A stretch of DNA of 64,000 nt from Eledone cirrhosa (GCA_964016885.1 CAXHJY010000184.1:434001-498000), one strand, 5' to 3'. Positions 15,001-26,890 are shown, counted from the stretch's first letter. Notes: generated from the sequence alone by a model not told the origin. A program made the numbers and translations.

Positions 15001-18000
15001 CAGCACATTAATCTACCTCAATCCTCACCATAACCATACTTCACTATATGGTAATTTATTACAGAAGACATACTCCTACCATTTACTTCACTTGGACATT
15101 AACGTGACAAATTTGCTACTTGCGTTTTTTTTCTTTTTGTGGTTACCACCTCAAACTAACATCAAAGGTGCTTGCAAATGACTATTTTCCCACACATTAT
15201 CAATGAATATGACATGGGAATCTATCGTTTACAATTGGTTTCCATTTCATAACTTCACCAAACCAAACCACACCATACCAAGTTACACCATACTACATCG
15301 CACCAAGCTATTGATCTTGGTGTGAAAAATTTTTTTCCTGTTTCCTTTTTTTTTTTTGTGTGTGTGCTTACCACCCAATCTGACATTAAAGGTGCTCCCA
15401 ATTGACTATTTTTTTTTCCACTTATCAATAATTATGACATGGAAACCTGTAGAAACTTCACCAAACCACACCATACTACATCACACCAAGATATTGATTT
15501 TGCTGTGACAAATTTTCATCTGGCATTTTTTTTTTTTTTTTTTTGCTTACCACCCAATTTGACATAAAAGTTGCTCGCAAATTACTATTTTATGAACATA
15601 TTATCAATGGTTATGACATGGAAACCTGATGAAAATGACTAGCTTTGTAGAAAAAAGAGGGAGGATGTGGGTGGAAATACCATTTACAAAGCTAGTCATT
15701 TTTTATTGCAGTGGAAGTCATATTTTTTGTTAATATGCTAAAAGCATAGTCCACTGCGAGCTTCTTGGAAGTTGATAACGCATGCAAAAATGAATGAAAA
15801 ATTTTTTTTTCTAACATAAATCAAAGTGGAAATTTAAATCCTCACTTGTAACAAAGCACACCACAGCACATTAATCTACCTCAATCCACACCATAACCAT
15901 ACTTCACTATATGGTAATTTATTACAGAACACATACTCCTACCATTTACATCACATGGACATTAATGTGACAAATTTGCTACTTGCATTTCTTTTTTTTT
16001 TTTGTGGTTACCACCTCAAACTAACATCAAAGGTGCTTGCAAATGACTATTTTCCCACACATTATCAATGAATATGACATGGGAATCTATCGTTTACAAT
16101 TGGTTTCTATTTCATAAGTTCACCAAACCAAACCACACCATACCAAGTTACACCATACTACATCACACCAAGCTATTGATCTTGGTGTGAAAAATTTTCT
16201 TTCCATTTCCTTTTTTTTTTGTGTGTGTGCTTACCACCCAATCTGACATTAAAGGTGCTCCGAATTGACTATTTTTTTTTCCACTTATCAATAAATATGA
16301 CATGGAAACCTGTCGAAAATGACTATCTTTGTAGAAACTTCACCAAATCACACCAAGATATTGATTTTGGTGTGACAAATTTTCATCTGGCATTTTTTTT
16401 TTTTTTTTTGCTTACCACCCAATTTGACATAAAAGGTGCTCGCAAATTACTATTTTATGAACATATTATCAATGGTTATGACATGGAAACCTGATGAAAA
16501 TGACTAGTTTTGTAGAAAAAAGAGGGAGGATGTTGGTGGAAATACCATTTAAAAAGCTAGTCATTTTTTATTGCAGTGGAAGTCATATTTTTTGTTAATA
16601 TGCTAAAAGCATAGTCCACTGCGAGCTTCTTGGAAGTTGATAACGCATGCAAAAATGAATGAAAAATTTTTTTTTCTAACATAAATCAAAGTGGAAATTT
16701 AAATCCTCACTTATAACAAAGCACACCACAGCACATTAATCTACCTCAATCCACACCATAACCATACTTCACTATATGGTAATTTATTACAGAAGACATA
16801 CTCCTACCATTTACTTCACTTGGACATTAACGTGACAAATTTGCTACTTGCGTTTTTTTTCTTTTTCTGGTTACCACCTCAAACTAACATCAAAGGTGCT
16901 TGCAAATGACTATTTTCCCACACATTATCAATGAATATGACATGGGAATCTATCGTTTACAATTGGTTTCCATTTCATAACTTCACCAAACCAAACCACA
17001 CCATACCAAGTTACACCATACTACATCGCACCAAGCTATTGATCTTGGTGTGAAAAATTTTTTTCCTGTTTCCTTTTTTTTTTTTGTGTGTGTGCTTACC
17101 ACCCAATCTGACATTAAAGGTGCTCCCAATTGACTATTTTTTTTTCCACTTATCAATAATTATGACATGGAAACCTGTAGAAACTTCACCAAACCACACC
17201 ATACTACATCACACCAAGATATTGATTTTGCTGTGACAAATTTTCATCTGGCATTTTTTTTTTTTTTTTTTTGCTTACCACCCAATTTGACATAAAAGTT
17301 GCTCGCAAATTACTATTTTATGAACATATTATCAATGGTTATGACATGGAAACCTGATGAAAATGACTAGCTTTGTAGAAAAAAGAGGGAGGATGTGGGT
17401 GGAAATACCATTTACAAAGCTAGTCATTTTTTATTGCAGTGGAAGTCATATTTTTTGTTAATATGCTAAAAGCATAGTCCACTGCGAGCTTCTTGGAAGT
17501 TGATAACGCATGCAAAAATGAATGAAAAATTTTTTTTTCTAACATAAATCAAAGTGGAAATTTAAATCCTCACTTGTAACAAAGCACACCACAGCACATT
17601 AATCTACCTCAATCCACACCATAACCATACTTCACTATATGGTAATTTATTACAGAACACATACTCCTACCATTTACATCACATGGACATTAATGTGACA
17701 AATTTGCTACTTGCATTTCTTTTTTTTTTTTGTGGTTACCACCTCAAACTAACATCAAAGGTGCTTGCAAATGACTATTTTCCCACACATTATCAATGAA
17801 TATGACATGGGAATCTATCGTTTACAATTGGTTTCTATTTCATAAGTTCACCAAACCAAACCACACCATACCAAGTTACACCATACTACATCACACCAAG
17901 CTATTGATCTTGGTGTGAAAAATTTTCTTTCCATTTCCTTTTTTTTTTGTGTGTGTGCTTACCACCCAATCTGACATTAAAGGTGCTCCGAATTGACTAT

Positions 18001-21000
18001 TTTTTTTTCCACTTATCAATAAATATGACATGGAAACCTGTCGAAAATGACTATCTTTGTAGAAACTTCACCAAATCACACCAAGATATTGATTTTGGTG
18101 TGACAAATTTTCATCTGGCATTTTTTTTTTTTTTTTTGCTTACCACCCAATTTGACATAAAAGGTGCTCGCAAATTACTATTTTATGAACATATTATCAA
18201 TGGTTATGACATGGAAACCTGATGAAAATGACTAGTTTTGTAGAAAAAAGAGGGAGGATGTTGGTGGAAATACCATTTAAAAAGCTAGTCATTTTTTATT
18301 GCAGTGGAAGTCATATTTTTTGTTAATATGCTAAAAGCATAGTCCACTGCGAGCTTCTTGGAAGTTGATAACGCATGCAAAAATGAATGAAAAATTTTTT
18401 TTTCTAACATAAATCAAAGTGGAAATTTAAATCCTCACTTATAACAAAGCACACCACAGCACATTAATCTACCTCAATCCACACCATAACCATACTTCAC
18501 TATATGGTAATTTATTACAGAAGACATACTCCTACCATTTACTTCACTTGGACATTAATGTGACAAATTTGCTACTTGCGTTTTTTTTCTTTTTGTGGTT
18601 ACCACCTCAAACTAACATCAAAGGTGCTTGCAAATGACTATTTTCCCACACATTATCAATGAATATGACATGGGAATCTATCGTTTACAATTGGTTTCCA
18701 TTTCATAACTTCACCAAACCAAACCACACCATACCAAGTTACACCATACTACATCGCACCAAGCTATTGATCTTGGTGTGAAAAATTTTTTTCCTGTTTC
18801 CTTTTTTTTTTTTGTGTGTGTGCTTACCACCCAATCTGACATTAAAGGTGCTCCCAATTGACTATTTTTTTTTCCACTTATCAATAATTATGACATGGAA
18901 ACCTGTAGAAACTTCACCAAACCACACCATACTACATCACACCAAGATATTGATTTTGCTGTGACAAATTTTCATCTGGCATTTTTTTTTTTTTTTTTTT
19001 GCTTACCACCCAATTTGACATAAAAGTTGCTCGCAAATTACTATTTTATGAACATATTATCAATGGTTATGACATGGAAACCTGATGAAAATGACTAGCT
19101 TTGTAGAAAAAAGAGGGAGGATGTGGGTGGAAATACCATTTACAAAGCTAGTCATTTTTTATTGCAGTGGAAGTCATATTTTTTGTTAATATGCTAAAAG
19201 CATAGTCCACTGCGAGCTTCTTGGAAGTTGATAACGCATGCAAAAATGAATGAAAAATTTTTTTTTCTAACATAAATCAAAGTGGAAATTTAAATCCTCA
19301 CTTGTAACAAAGCACACCACAGCACATTAATCTACCTCAATCCACACCATAACCATACTTCACTATATGGTAATTTATTACAGAACACATACTCCTACCA
19401 TTTACATCACATGGACATTAATGTGACAAATTTGCTACTTGCATTTCTTTTTTTTTTTTGTGGTTACCACCTCAAACTAACATCAAAGGTGCTTGCAAAT
19501 GACTATTTTCCCACACATTATCAATGAATATGACATGGGAATCTATCGTTTACAATTGGTTTCTATTTCATAAGTTCACCAAACCAAACCACACCATACC
19601 AAGTTACACCATACTACATCACACCAAGCTATTGATCTTGGTGTGAAAAATTTTCTTTCCATTTCCTTTTTTTTTTGTGTGTGTGCTTACCACCCAATCT
19701 GACATTAAAGGTGCTCCGAATTGACTATTTTTTTTTCCACTTATCAATAAATATGACATGGAAACCTGTCGAAAATGACTATCTTTGTAGAAACTTCACC
19801 AAATCACACCAAGATATTGATTTTGGTGTGACAAATTTTCATCTGGCATTTTTTTTTTTTTTTTTGCTTACCACCCAATTTGACATAAAAGGTGCTCGCA
19901 AATTACTATTTTATGAACATATTATCAATGGTTATGACATGGAAACCTGATGAAAATGACTAGTTTTGTAGAAAAAAGAGGGAGGATGTTGGTGGAAATA
20001 CCATTTAAAAAGCTAGTCATTTTTTATTGCAGTGGAAGTCATATTTTTTGTTAATATGCTAAAAGCATAGTCCACTGCGAGCTTCTTGGAAGTTGATAAC
20101 GCATGCAAAAATGAATGAAAAATTTTTTTTTCTAACATAAATCAAAGTGGAAATTTAAATCCTCACTTATAACAAAGCACACCACAGCACATTAATCTAC
20201 CTCAATCCTCACCATAACCATACTTCACTATATGGTAATTTATTACAGAACACATACTCCTACCATTTACATCACTTGGACATTAACGTGACAAATTTGC
20301 TACTTGCTTTTTTTTTCTTTTTGTGGTTACCACCTCAAACTAACATCAAAGGTGCTTGCAAATGACTATTTTCCCACACATTATCAATGAATATGACATG
20401 GGAATCTATCGTTTACAATTGGTTTCCATTTCATAACTTCACCAAACCAAACCACACCCAAGTTACACCATACTACATCGCACCAAGCTATTGATCTTGG
20501 TGTGAAAAATTTTTTTCCTGTTTCCTTTTTTTTTTTTGTGTGTGTGCTTACCACCCAATCTGACATTAAAGGTGCTCCCAATTGACTATTTTTTTTTCCA
20601 CTTATCAATAATTATGACATGGAAACCTGTAGAAACTTCACCAAACCACACCATACTACATCACACCAAGATATTGATTTTGCTGTGACAAATTTTCACC
20701 TGGCATTTTTTTTTTTTTTTTTTTGCTTACCACCCAATTTGACATAAAAGTTGCTCGCAAATTACTATTTTATGAACATATTATCAATGGTTATGACATG
20801 GAAACCTGATGAAAATGACTAGTTTTGTAGAAAAAAGAGGGAGGATGTGGGTGGAAATACCATTTACAAAGCTAGTCATTTTTTATTGCAGTGGAAGTCA
20901 TATTTTTTGTTAATATGCTAAAAGCATAGTCCACTGCGAGCTTCTTGGAAGTTGATAACGCATGCAAAAATGAATGAAAAATTTTTTTTTCTAACATAAA

Positions 21001-22876
21001 TCAAAGTGGAAATTTAAATCCTCACTTGTAACAAAGCACACCACAGCACATTAATCTACCTCAATGAACAGCATAACCATACTTCACTATATGGTAATTT
21101 ATTACAGAACACATACTCCTACCATTTACATCACATGGACATTAATGTGACAAATTTGCTACTTGCATTTCTTTTTTTTTTTTGTGGTTACCACCTCAAA
21201 CTAACATCAAAGGTGCTTGCAAATGACTATTTTCCCACACATTATCAATGAATATGACATGGGAATCTATCGTTTACAATTGGTTTCTATTTCATAAGTT
21301 CACCAAACCAAACCACACCATACCAAGTTACACCATACTACATCACACCAAGCTATTGATCTTGGTGTGAAAAATTTTCTTTCCATTTCCTTTTTTTTTT
21401 GTGTGTGTGCTTACCACCCAATCTGACATTAAAGGTGCTCCGAATTGACTATTTTTTTTTCCACTTATCAATAAATATGACATGGAAACCTGTCGAAAAT
21501 GACTATCTTTGTAGAAACTTCACCAAATCACACCAAGATATTGATTTTGGTGTGACAAATTTTCATCTGGCATTTTTTTTTTTTTTTTTGCTTACCACCC
21601 AATTTGACATAAAAGGTGCTCGCAAATTACTATTTTATGAACATATTATCAATGGTTATGACATGGAAACCTGATGAAAATGACTAGTTTTGTAGAAAAA
21701 AGAGGGAGGATGTTGGTGGAAATACCATTTAAAAAGCTAGTCATTTTTTATTGCAGTGGAAGTCATATTTTTTGTTAATATGCTAAAAGCATAGTCCACT
21801 GCGAGCTTCTTGGAAGTTGATAACGCAGGCAAAAATGAATGAAAAATTTTTTTTTCTAACATAAATCAAAGTGGAAATTTAAATCCTCACTTATAACAAA
21901 GCACACCACAGCACATTAATCTACCTCAATCCACACCATAACCATACTTCACTATATGGTAATTTATTACAGAAGACATACTCCTACCATTTACATCACT
22001 TGGACATTAACGTGACAAATTTGCTACTTGCGTTTTTTTTCTTTTTGTGGTTACCACCTCAAACTAACATCAAAGGTGCTTGCAAATGACTATTTTCCCA
22101 CACATTATCAATGAATATGACATGGGAATCTATCGTTTACAATTGGTTTCCATTTCATAACTTCACCAAACCAAACCACACCATACCAAGTTACACCATA
22201 CTACATCGCACCAAGCTATTGATCTAGGTGTGAAAAATTTTCTTCCCATTGCCTTTTTTTTTTGTGTGTGTGCTTACCACCCAATCTGACATTAAAGGTG
22301 CTCCGAATTGACTATTTTTTTTTCCACTTATCAATAAATATGACATGGAAACCTGTCGAAAATGACTATCTTTGTAGAAACTTCACCAAACCACACCATA
22401 CTACATCACACCAAGATATTGAGTTTGGTGTGACAAATTTTCACCTGGCAATTTTTTTTTTTGTGTTTTCCACCCAATTTGACATAAAAGGTGCTCGCAA
22501 ATTACTATTTTATGCACATATTATCAATGGTTATGACATTGAAACCTGATGAAAATGACTAGCTTTGTAAAAAAAGGAGGGAGGATGTGGGTGGAAATAC
22601 CATTTACAAAGCTAGTCATTTTTTATTGCAGCGGAAGTCATATTTTTTGTTAATATGCTAAAAGCATAGTCCACTGCGAGCTTCTTGGAAGTTGATAACA
22701 CATGCAAAAATGAATGAAACATTTTTTTTCTAACATAAATCAAAGTGGAAATTTAAATCCTCACTTATAACAAAGCACACCACAGCACATTAATCTACCT
22801 CAATCCACACCATAACCATACTTCACTATATGGTAATTTATTACAGAACACCTACTCCTACCATTTACATCACACC
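1..22876. repeat. ~864-bp satellite array (~26 monomers), A/B dimeric higher-order repeat of ~1724-1729 bp; runs off the left edge
   Basis: GCTTACCACCCAATTTGACATAAAAG recurs at 4, 867, 1733 and onward. Near-identical repeat ORFs end at 1817, 3545, 5269, 6997, 8725, 10449, 12177 (steps 1724-1728). Alternating monomers differ by fixed SNPs and two indels. Confidence 0.98.
831..1125. repeat. Long imperfect inverted repeat within each satellite monomer (example copy)
   Basis: AAAATGACTAGCTTTGTA (954-971) is the exact reverse complement of 1007-1024. The same gapless register extends to GCTCGCA 895-901 / TGCGAGC 1077-1083 (about 52 of 77 positions complementary by hand count), with weaker similarity out to ~831/1125. 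Confidence 0.9.
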
Positions 22877-23072
22877 AATGCTCACAGTTGACTATTTTTT
22901 TCACATATTATGAATGAATATAACTTTGAAACCTATCGTCAATGATTAGCTTTGTAGAAAAATGAAGGCAGAAAGTGGGTGGAAAAACCATTCACAAAGC
23001 TAGTCATTTTTAATTGCAGTGGAAATCATATTTGTTGTTAATATGCTAAAATAATAGTCAATTGCAAGCATT
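22877..23072. repeat. Diverged stand-alone copy of the monomer's inverted-repeat module at the array edge
   Basis: Arms 22877-22955 and 22994-23072 pair without gaps (about 56 of 79 by hand count) and are clearly homologous to 895-1083. Confidence 0.85.
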
Positions 23073-23137
23073 TTGGAGGTCGGATTAGTCGATAGGACAT
23101 AAAAAAAACAAAGGAAAACAAAAATTGTCTATATGTT

Positions 23138-23228
23138 CCTGTGGAAAGTCGGGTTTTCTGTGTGACGCCAGAGGTCATGGTCGTGTGTCATTGCCCTTGA
23201 GAGGTGCAATTAGGAAAGCTCGGCTTAT
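23138..23228 (-). mobile_element. Short fragment matching the 3' region of the RTE remnant at ~25150-25250
   Basis: CCTGTGGAAAGTCGGGTTTTCTG...GTGTCATTGCC...TGCAATT...TCGGCTT aligns with 25153-25250. Confidence 0.55.
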
Positions 23229-23267
23229 AAATATTTACTTCTGCATTCACAGATTGATTTTTTTTTT

Positions 23268-23319
23268 AGTTTCAGAAGATCCCATTAAGGGTGAAAGCAG
23301 CCAATTCTTTGCTTAAACT
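23268..23319 (+). ncRNA. Degenerate type-I hammerhead ribozyme-like motif, copy 1
   Basis: AGUUU-CAGAAGA-U-CCC-AUUAA-GGG-U-GAA-AGCA-loop-UGCU-U-AAACU. Stems I, II and III are in the right order. The core has U4->A and a U.U at the base of stem II. Confidence 0.45.
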
Positions 23320-23644
23320 TTAATCTGTTATTTTAATAAATATTTGCTCTACGGTTCTTATATATTTGATATATATTTATCCTTATCGAGCCCTCTTTGG
23401 ATGTTAGCCTTCAAATTTATTATTATTACTATTTGGCTCCCTTGATTGAGTACTCTATTGACTTATATTCATAATGCAGAAACATCTGAATATTTCTACA
23501 AAGAACATACCCGTACCAAGCAAGAAGAAATACCTAAAACTACGTCTCCACGAACCAAAGTATCGCCTTCCTGTCTTCTTTCGGTTGCAACGTTTTTCGA
23601 AATATTTACTTCTGCATTCATAGATTGATTTTTTTTTCTTTTTT

Positions 23645-23696
23645 AGTTTCAGAAGATCCCATTAAGGGTGAAAGCAGCCGATTCTTTGCTTAAACT
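23645..23696 (+). ncRNA. Degenerate type-I hammerhead ribozyme-like motif, copy 2
   Basis: Same as copy 1 except for one change in loop III (GCCAAU->GCCGAU). Confidence 0.45.
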
Positions 23697-23820
23697 TTAA
23701 TCTGTTATTTTAATAAATATTTGCTCTACGTTTCTTATATATTTGATATATATTTATCCCTATCGAGCCCTCTTTGGATTTTAGTCTTCATATGTATTAT
23801 TATTACTGTGTGTGTACATA

Positions 23821-24163
23821 TTGAGAGCATTGGCTTTGCAATCGAAAGGTTGTGAGTTCAATTCTCACACCGGGTGATGTGTTGTTTCCTTGAGCAAGAC
23901 ACTTTATTTCACATTGCTCCAGTTTACTCAGCTGTAGAAATGAGATGATAGGACTGGCAGTCGTGGAGGTGCCACGGCAAAAAAGCACCCAGCCCACACT
24001 GTAAAGTGGATGTGGAGTTGCCACGGGGAAAAAAGCACCCAGCACTCACTGTAAATGAGGTTGGTGTTAGGAACAGCATCCAGCTGTAGAAATCAAGCCA
24101 GAATCAGTTCCCATCCCACCCTTGCAAGCAGGGAAAAAGTGGACGTAAAATGAAATGATGATG
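23821..24163 (+). mobile_element. tRNA-derived SINE (5'-clipped) with CORE-like centre and (TGA)n tail
   Basis: B-box-like GAGTTCAATTC; CCTTGAGCAAGACACTTT central motif; GGTTGGTGTTAGGAACAGCATCCAGCTGTAGAAA; ends ATGATGATG. A sibling copy lies at 24558-24887. Confidence 0.8.
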
Positions 24164-24165
24164 AA

Positions 24166-24485
24166 TGCTCCCAGCTGTGGTCACCCCATAGTATCAAACT
24201 AACCACGGAACTTGAGAAAATCCAACGAAGCTACACCAAGAGGATTGCACAATGAAGGAGATGAGCTACTGGGAGAGGCTAAAAGAACTGAAACTCTACC
24301 CTTCGGAATGAAGACGGGAGAGATATGCAATGATATACATATGGAAAATCCTGCCGGGACTAAGACCAAACTTTCGCATTGAGGGCTGGACCAATTCTCG
24401 AACAGGACGTCACTGTGTGGTACCAAAGGTCCCGTCTTCCACATCTAGAATCAGGAGCAGCCTGGGATTCAAGGGCCCTCAACTT
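24166..24485 (+). mobile_element. CR1-group LINE ORF2 C-terminal fragment (decayed)
   Basis: Translates with one frameshift as CSQLWSPHSIKLTTELEKIQRSYTKRIA/MKEMSYWERLKELKLY..RRERYAMIYIWKIL, the WSP..LE.IQR..SY.ERL..RR.R pattern found after the RT domain in CR1/L2-group elements. Confidence 0.8.
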
Positions 24486-24557
24486 GGTTTTCAAAATTTT
24501 AATTTGTGTTTCCTATTCATCAATGCTTCAAGCAAGCTATAAAACTCTATTATATTT

Positions 24558-24887
24558 CATCATCATCATCATCATTTATGTCAGTTCTTCTACGCTAGCA
24601 TGGGTTGTCCTGTTGTGGGCAGTGTCCGGTCGGCTGACCTTGTCTTGATTTCTACAGCTGGATGCCCTTCCTAACACCAACTTAATTTACAGTGAGTGCT
24701 GGCTGTTTTTTTTTTGCCGTGGAATGATAGGGACCCCAGTCCTATCATCTCATTTCTACAGCTGAGTAAACTGGAGCAATGTGAAATAAAGTGTCTTGCT
24801 CAAGGAAACAACACATCACTCAGTCCGAGAATTAAACTCACAACCTTTCAATTGCAAGCCCAATGCTCTAACCACTGAGCCATGTGC
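24558..24887 (-). mobile_element. tRNA-derived SINE, near full length
   Basis: The minus strand begins GCACATGGCTCAGTGGTTAGAGC (A box), has a B-box-like GAGTTTAATTC and the same centre as 23821-24163. The tail appears as (CAT)n on the + strand. Confidence 0.85.
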
Positions 24888-24924
24888 GGTCAGGTGACCA
24901 TGTCTTGCTCATAAAGAACTGATT

Positions 24925-25076
24925 TTGGCTTGGTTTCTACAGCTGGATGCCCTTCCTAATGCCAAGTTCATTTACAGTGAGTACTGGGTTTTTTTTGTTG
25001 TGATTCCTCCACGACTACTTTACAGTGTGGACTGGGTGTTTTTTACCGTGTCACCATCACGACCACTTTACAGTGT
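24925..25076 (-). mobile_element. Partial third copy of the same SINE (3' portion, with internal ~40-bp repeats)
   Basis: TTTCTACAGCTGGATGCCCTTCCTAA and repeated TTTACAGTG...CTGGG units are shared with the other copies. Confidence 0.7.
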
Positions 25077-25139
25077 TTCGGCCTGTTCTCATGAAAGATA
25101 TATTGGCGGGTGGGATGGAGTGGTGCATACTGTATGTAT

Positions 25140-25800
25140 GTTTCAGCCTTGGCCTGTGGGAAGTTGGGGTTTCTGTATTACCTCATAACGCCAGAGATCT
25201 TGGTCCTGTGTCATTGCCTTTCAGAGATGCAATTGGGCAAGGTCGGCTTTTATCACTTCATCTCAAGTCTTTCTGGGACTTTATGTAGCTGTCATCCTTC
25301 ATACGAATCACATGTCCATACCAACATAATTTCCTCTCCTGCACACAACATTTGATTCCTCTTATGCCTAGTTTCTCTTACAGTTTGTTTATGGTTTGCT
25401 GTTCGCGTATATTACTATTACACATCCATCGGAGCATACAAGCTTCATTCCTTTCTAATCTACGCAAGTCTTCTACACACAGCACCCAGCTCTCACTACC
25501 ATGCAACATTGCCGTTCATGTGCACACATCATACAGTCTACCTTTTATTCTGAGGGAAAAGCCTTTTGTATCCAGCTGTGGCAGTAGCTCCCTCAACTTC
25601 TTCCATCCCATCCTTTCAGAACACCCCCCCTCCGCTGCTAATTCGGTATTGTTTTTACCAAGTCCTCCCAGACTTTGATGTCACTTGTCCAACTGCTACA
25701 TGTAAAGCCTACATTCTTAACTAAACTTCCTGAGATCCCACTACATCTCTTGTGTACCTATAGTTTGCATATGGGGCGGAGGATGGAGTTTCTACCTACA
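25140..25800 (-). mobile_element. RTE-clade LINE 3' remnant (family with a Cys/His-rich insert)
   Basis: The minus strand reads VGRNSILRPICKL*VHKRCSGISG..FTC, then GWKKLRELLP..KGRLYDVC..AMLHGSESW..LERNEACMLRWMC..LCWYGHVIRMKDD, with stops. Confidence 0.8.
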
Positions 25801-25857
25801 CCTCTCCTACATACACATACACACATATATATACACACACTCACATATATATATATA

Positions 25858-26839
25858 CTAGCCGAATTACCAGCGCCTTGCTGCGTTTCACTCATTTTTT
25901 TTGTAAGAAAATGATGATTGATTTTAAATCAGTGATATAATTTATGGAGAAAAACTCAATATTACTCAATGTAAAATATAATTGTTTCTACTTTAGGCAC
26001 AAGGCCAGCAATTACCCAGTGCATTACTGGTACTTTGCCTTTCATCCTTACGGGGTCGATAAAATAAAGTCAACCTCGGGATTTGAACTCAGATCGTAAA
26101 GGGACGTAACTATGCTGTAAAATATAATGCATGAAAAATTGGAAAACATCATTTTTTTGTAATATATCAAATCAAAATTACATTATTAAATCTTATTCTT
26201 ATTTTGTTTCTTGTAAATAATTTTTTTCAAAATATCAATTGAAACTTTTGTGAATAGGCATCATATCTTGTCATTTACCTATGGTTTAAGTTTCATATAA
26301 AATGAAAGGGAGAAGTTTTCAGCGGGGGTTTGTACCCCCGGGAAACCCTAATAGAGTCTTATAGTATTAAGGTGTCTTATAGTATTGAAATTTTGTGAAT
26401 AGGCATCATATCTCTTCATTTATCTATGGTTTAAATTGCATATAAATCGAACCGAAAAAACTTTCAGCGGGGATTTTGTGCCCTCTGGTGAACCCTAATA
26501 GAGGGTTTAACTCAGATTTAGGGTATTGTAATTTTATTGAAATTTGCTGAAATGATGTGAATAGGCATCATATCTTGTCATTTACCTATGGTTTAAATTT
26601 CATATAAATCGAAGGCAAAGTATCAGCGGCGGTTTTGTGCCCCCGATGAACCCTTTGATTAAAATGAAATATACTTATACAAGTACCCTGGGCAATGTAG
26701 TTTCAGAATATATATGGTTATGGGGGTCTATCTCCAAAACCAGAGGATAAGTTCGTAAAATCTTGTTCCATTTATTGGCCAAACTTTTCACTATAGGGAG
26801 TTTAACTCCCATTAGGGTGTATTAATATTATTGAAATTT

Positions 26840-26840
<1 letters not shown>
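25858..26840 (-). mobile_element. Putative non-autonomous Helitron/Helentron-like element with ~150-bp internal tandem repeats
   Basis: The minus-strand end has a small hairpin (CAGC-AAGGC-GCTG), then CTAG (25858-25861), then T in a TA tract. Three copies of GTGAATAGGCATCATATC..TATGGTTTAA..CATATAAA..TCAGCGG..AACCCT lie at ~26250, ~26395 and ~26557. The far boundary is approximate. Confidence 0.55.
25981..26110 (-). mobile_element. SINE fragment with Nin/Deu-like domain and a 29-bp internal inversion
   Basis: Colinear with 28105-28230 except that 26037-26065 is reverse-complemented. Confidence 0.75.

Positions 26841-26890
<50 letters not shown>

Larger units (their letters stand above)
23229..23807 (+). 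repeat. Two ~200-bp direct repeats (23229-23430, 23600-23807; period ~371-377 bp); possible Penelope-like/retrozyme-type remnant
   Basis: AAATATTTACTTCTGCATTCA...GAGCCCTCTTTGGAT...TATTATTATTACT occurs twice at high identity, and each copy has a hammerhead-like fold. The element class is an inference. Confidence 0.8.

Noticed and set aside
1509-22549. Repeated 65-102-aa ORFs (…LPPNLTLKVLRIDY…) as a tandem gene family
   Set aside because: They start at GTG/TTG, cross poly-T tracts whose length changes shift the frame (12767, 14493), and resemble no protein family I recognise. They are satellite by-products.
24815-24887. tRNA gene on the minus strand
   Set aside because: A and B boxes are present, but the acceptor and anticodon stems do not pair and it runs straight into a SINE body. 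It is a SINE head.
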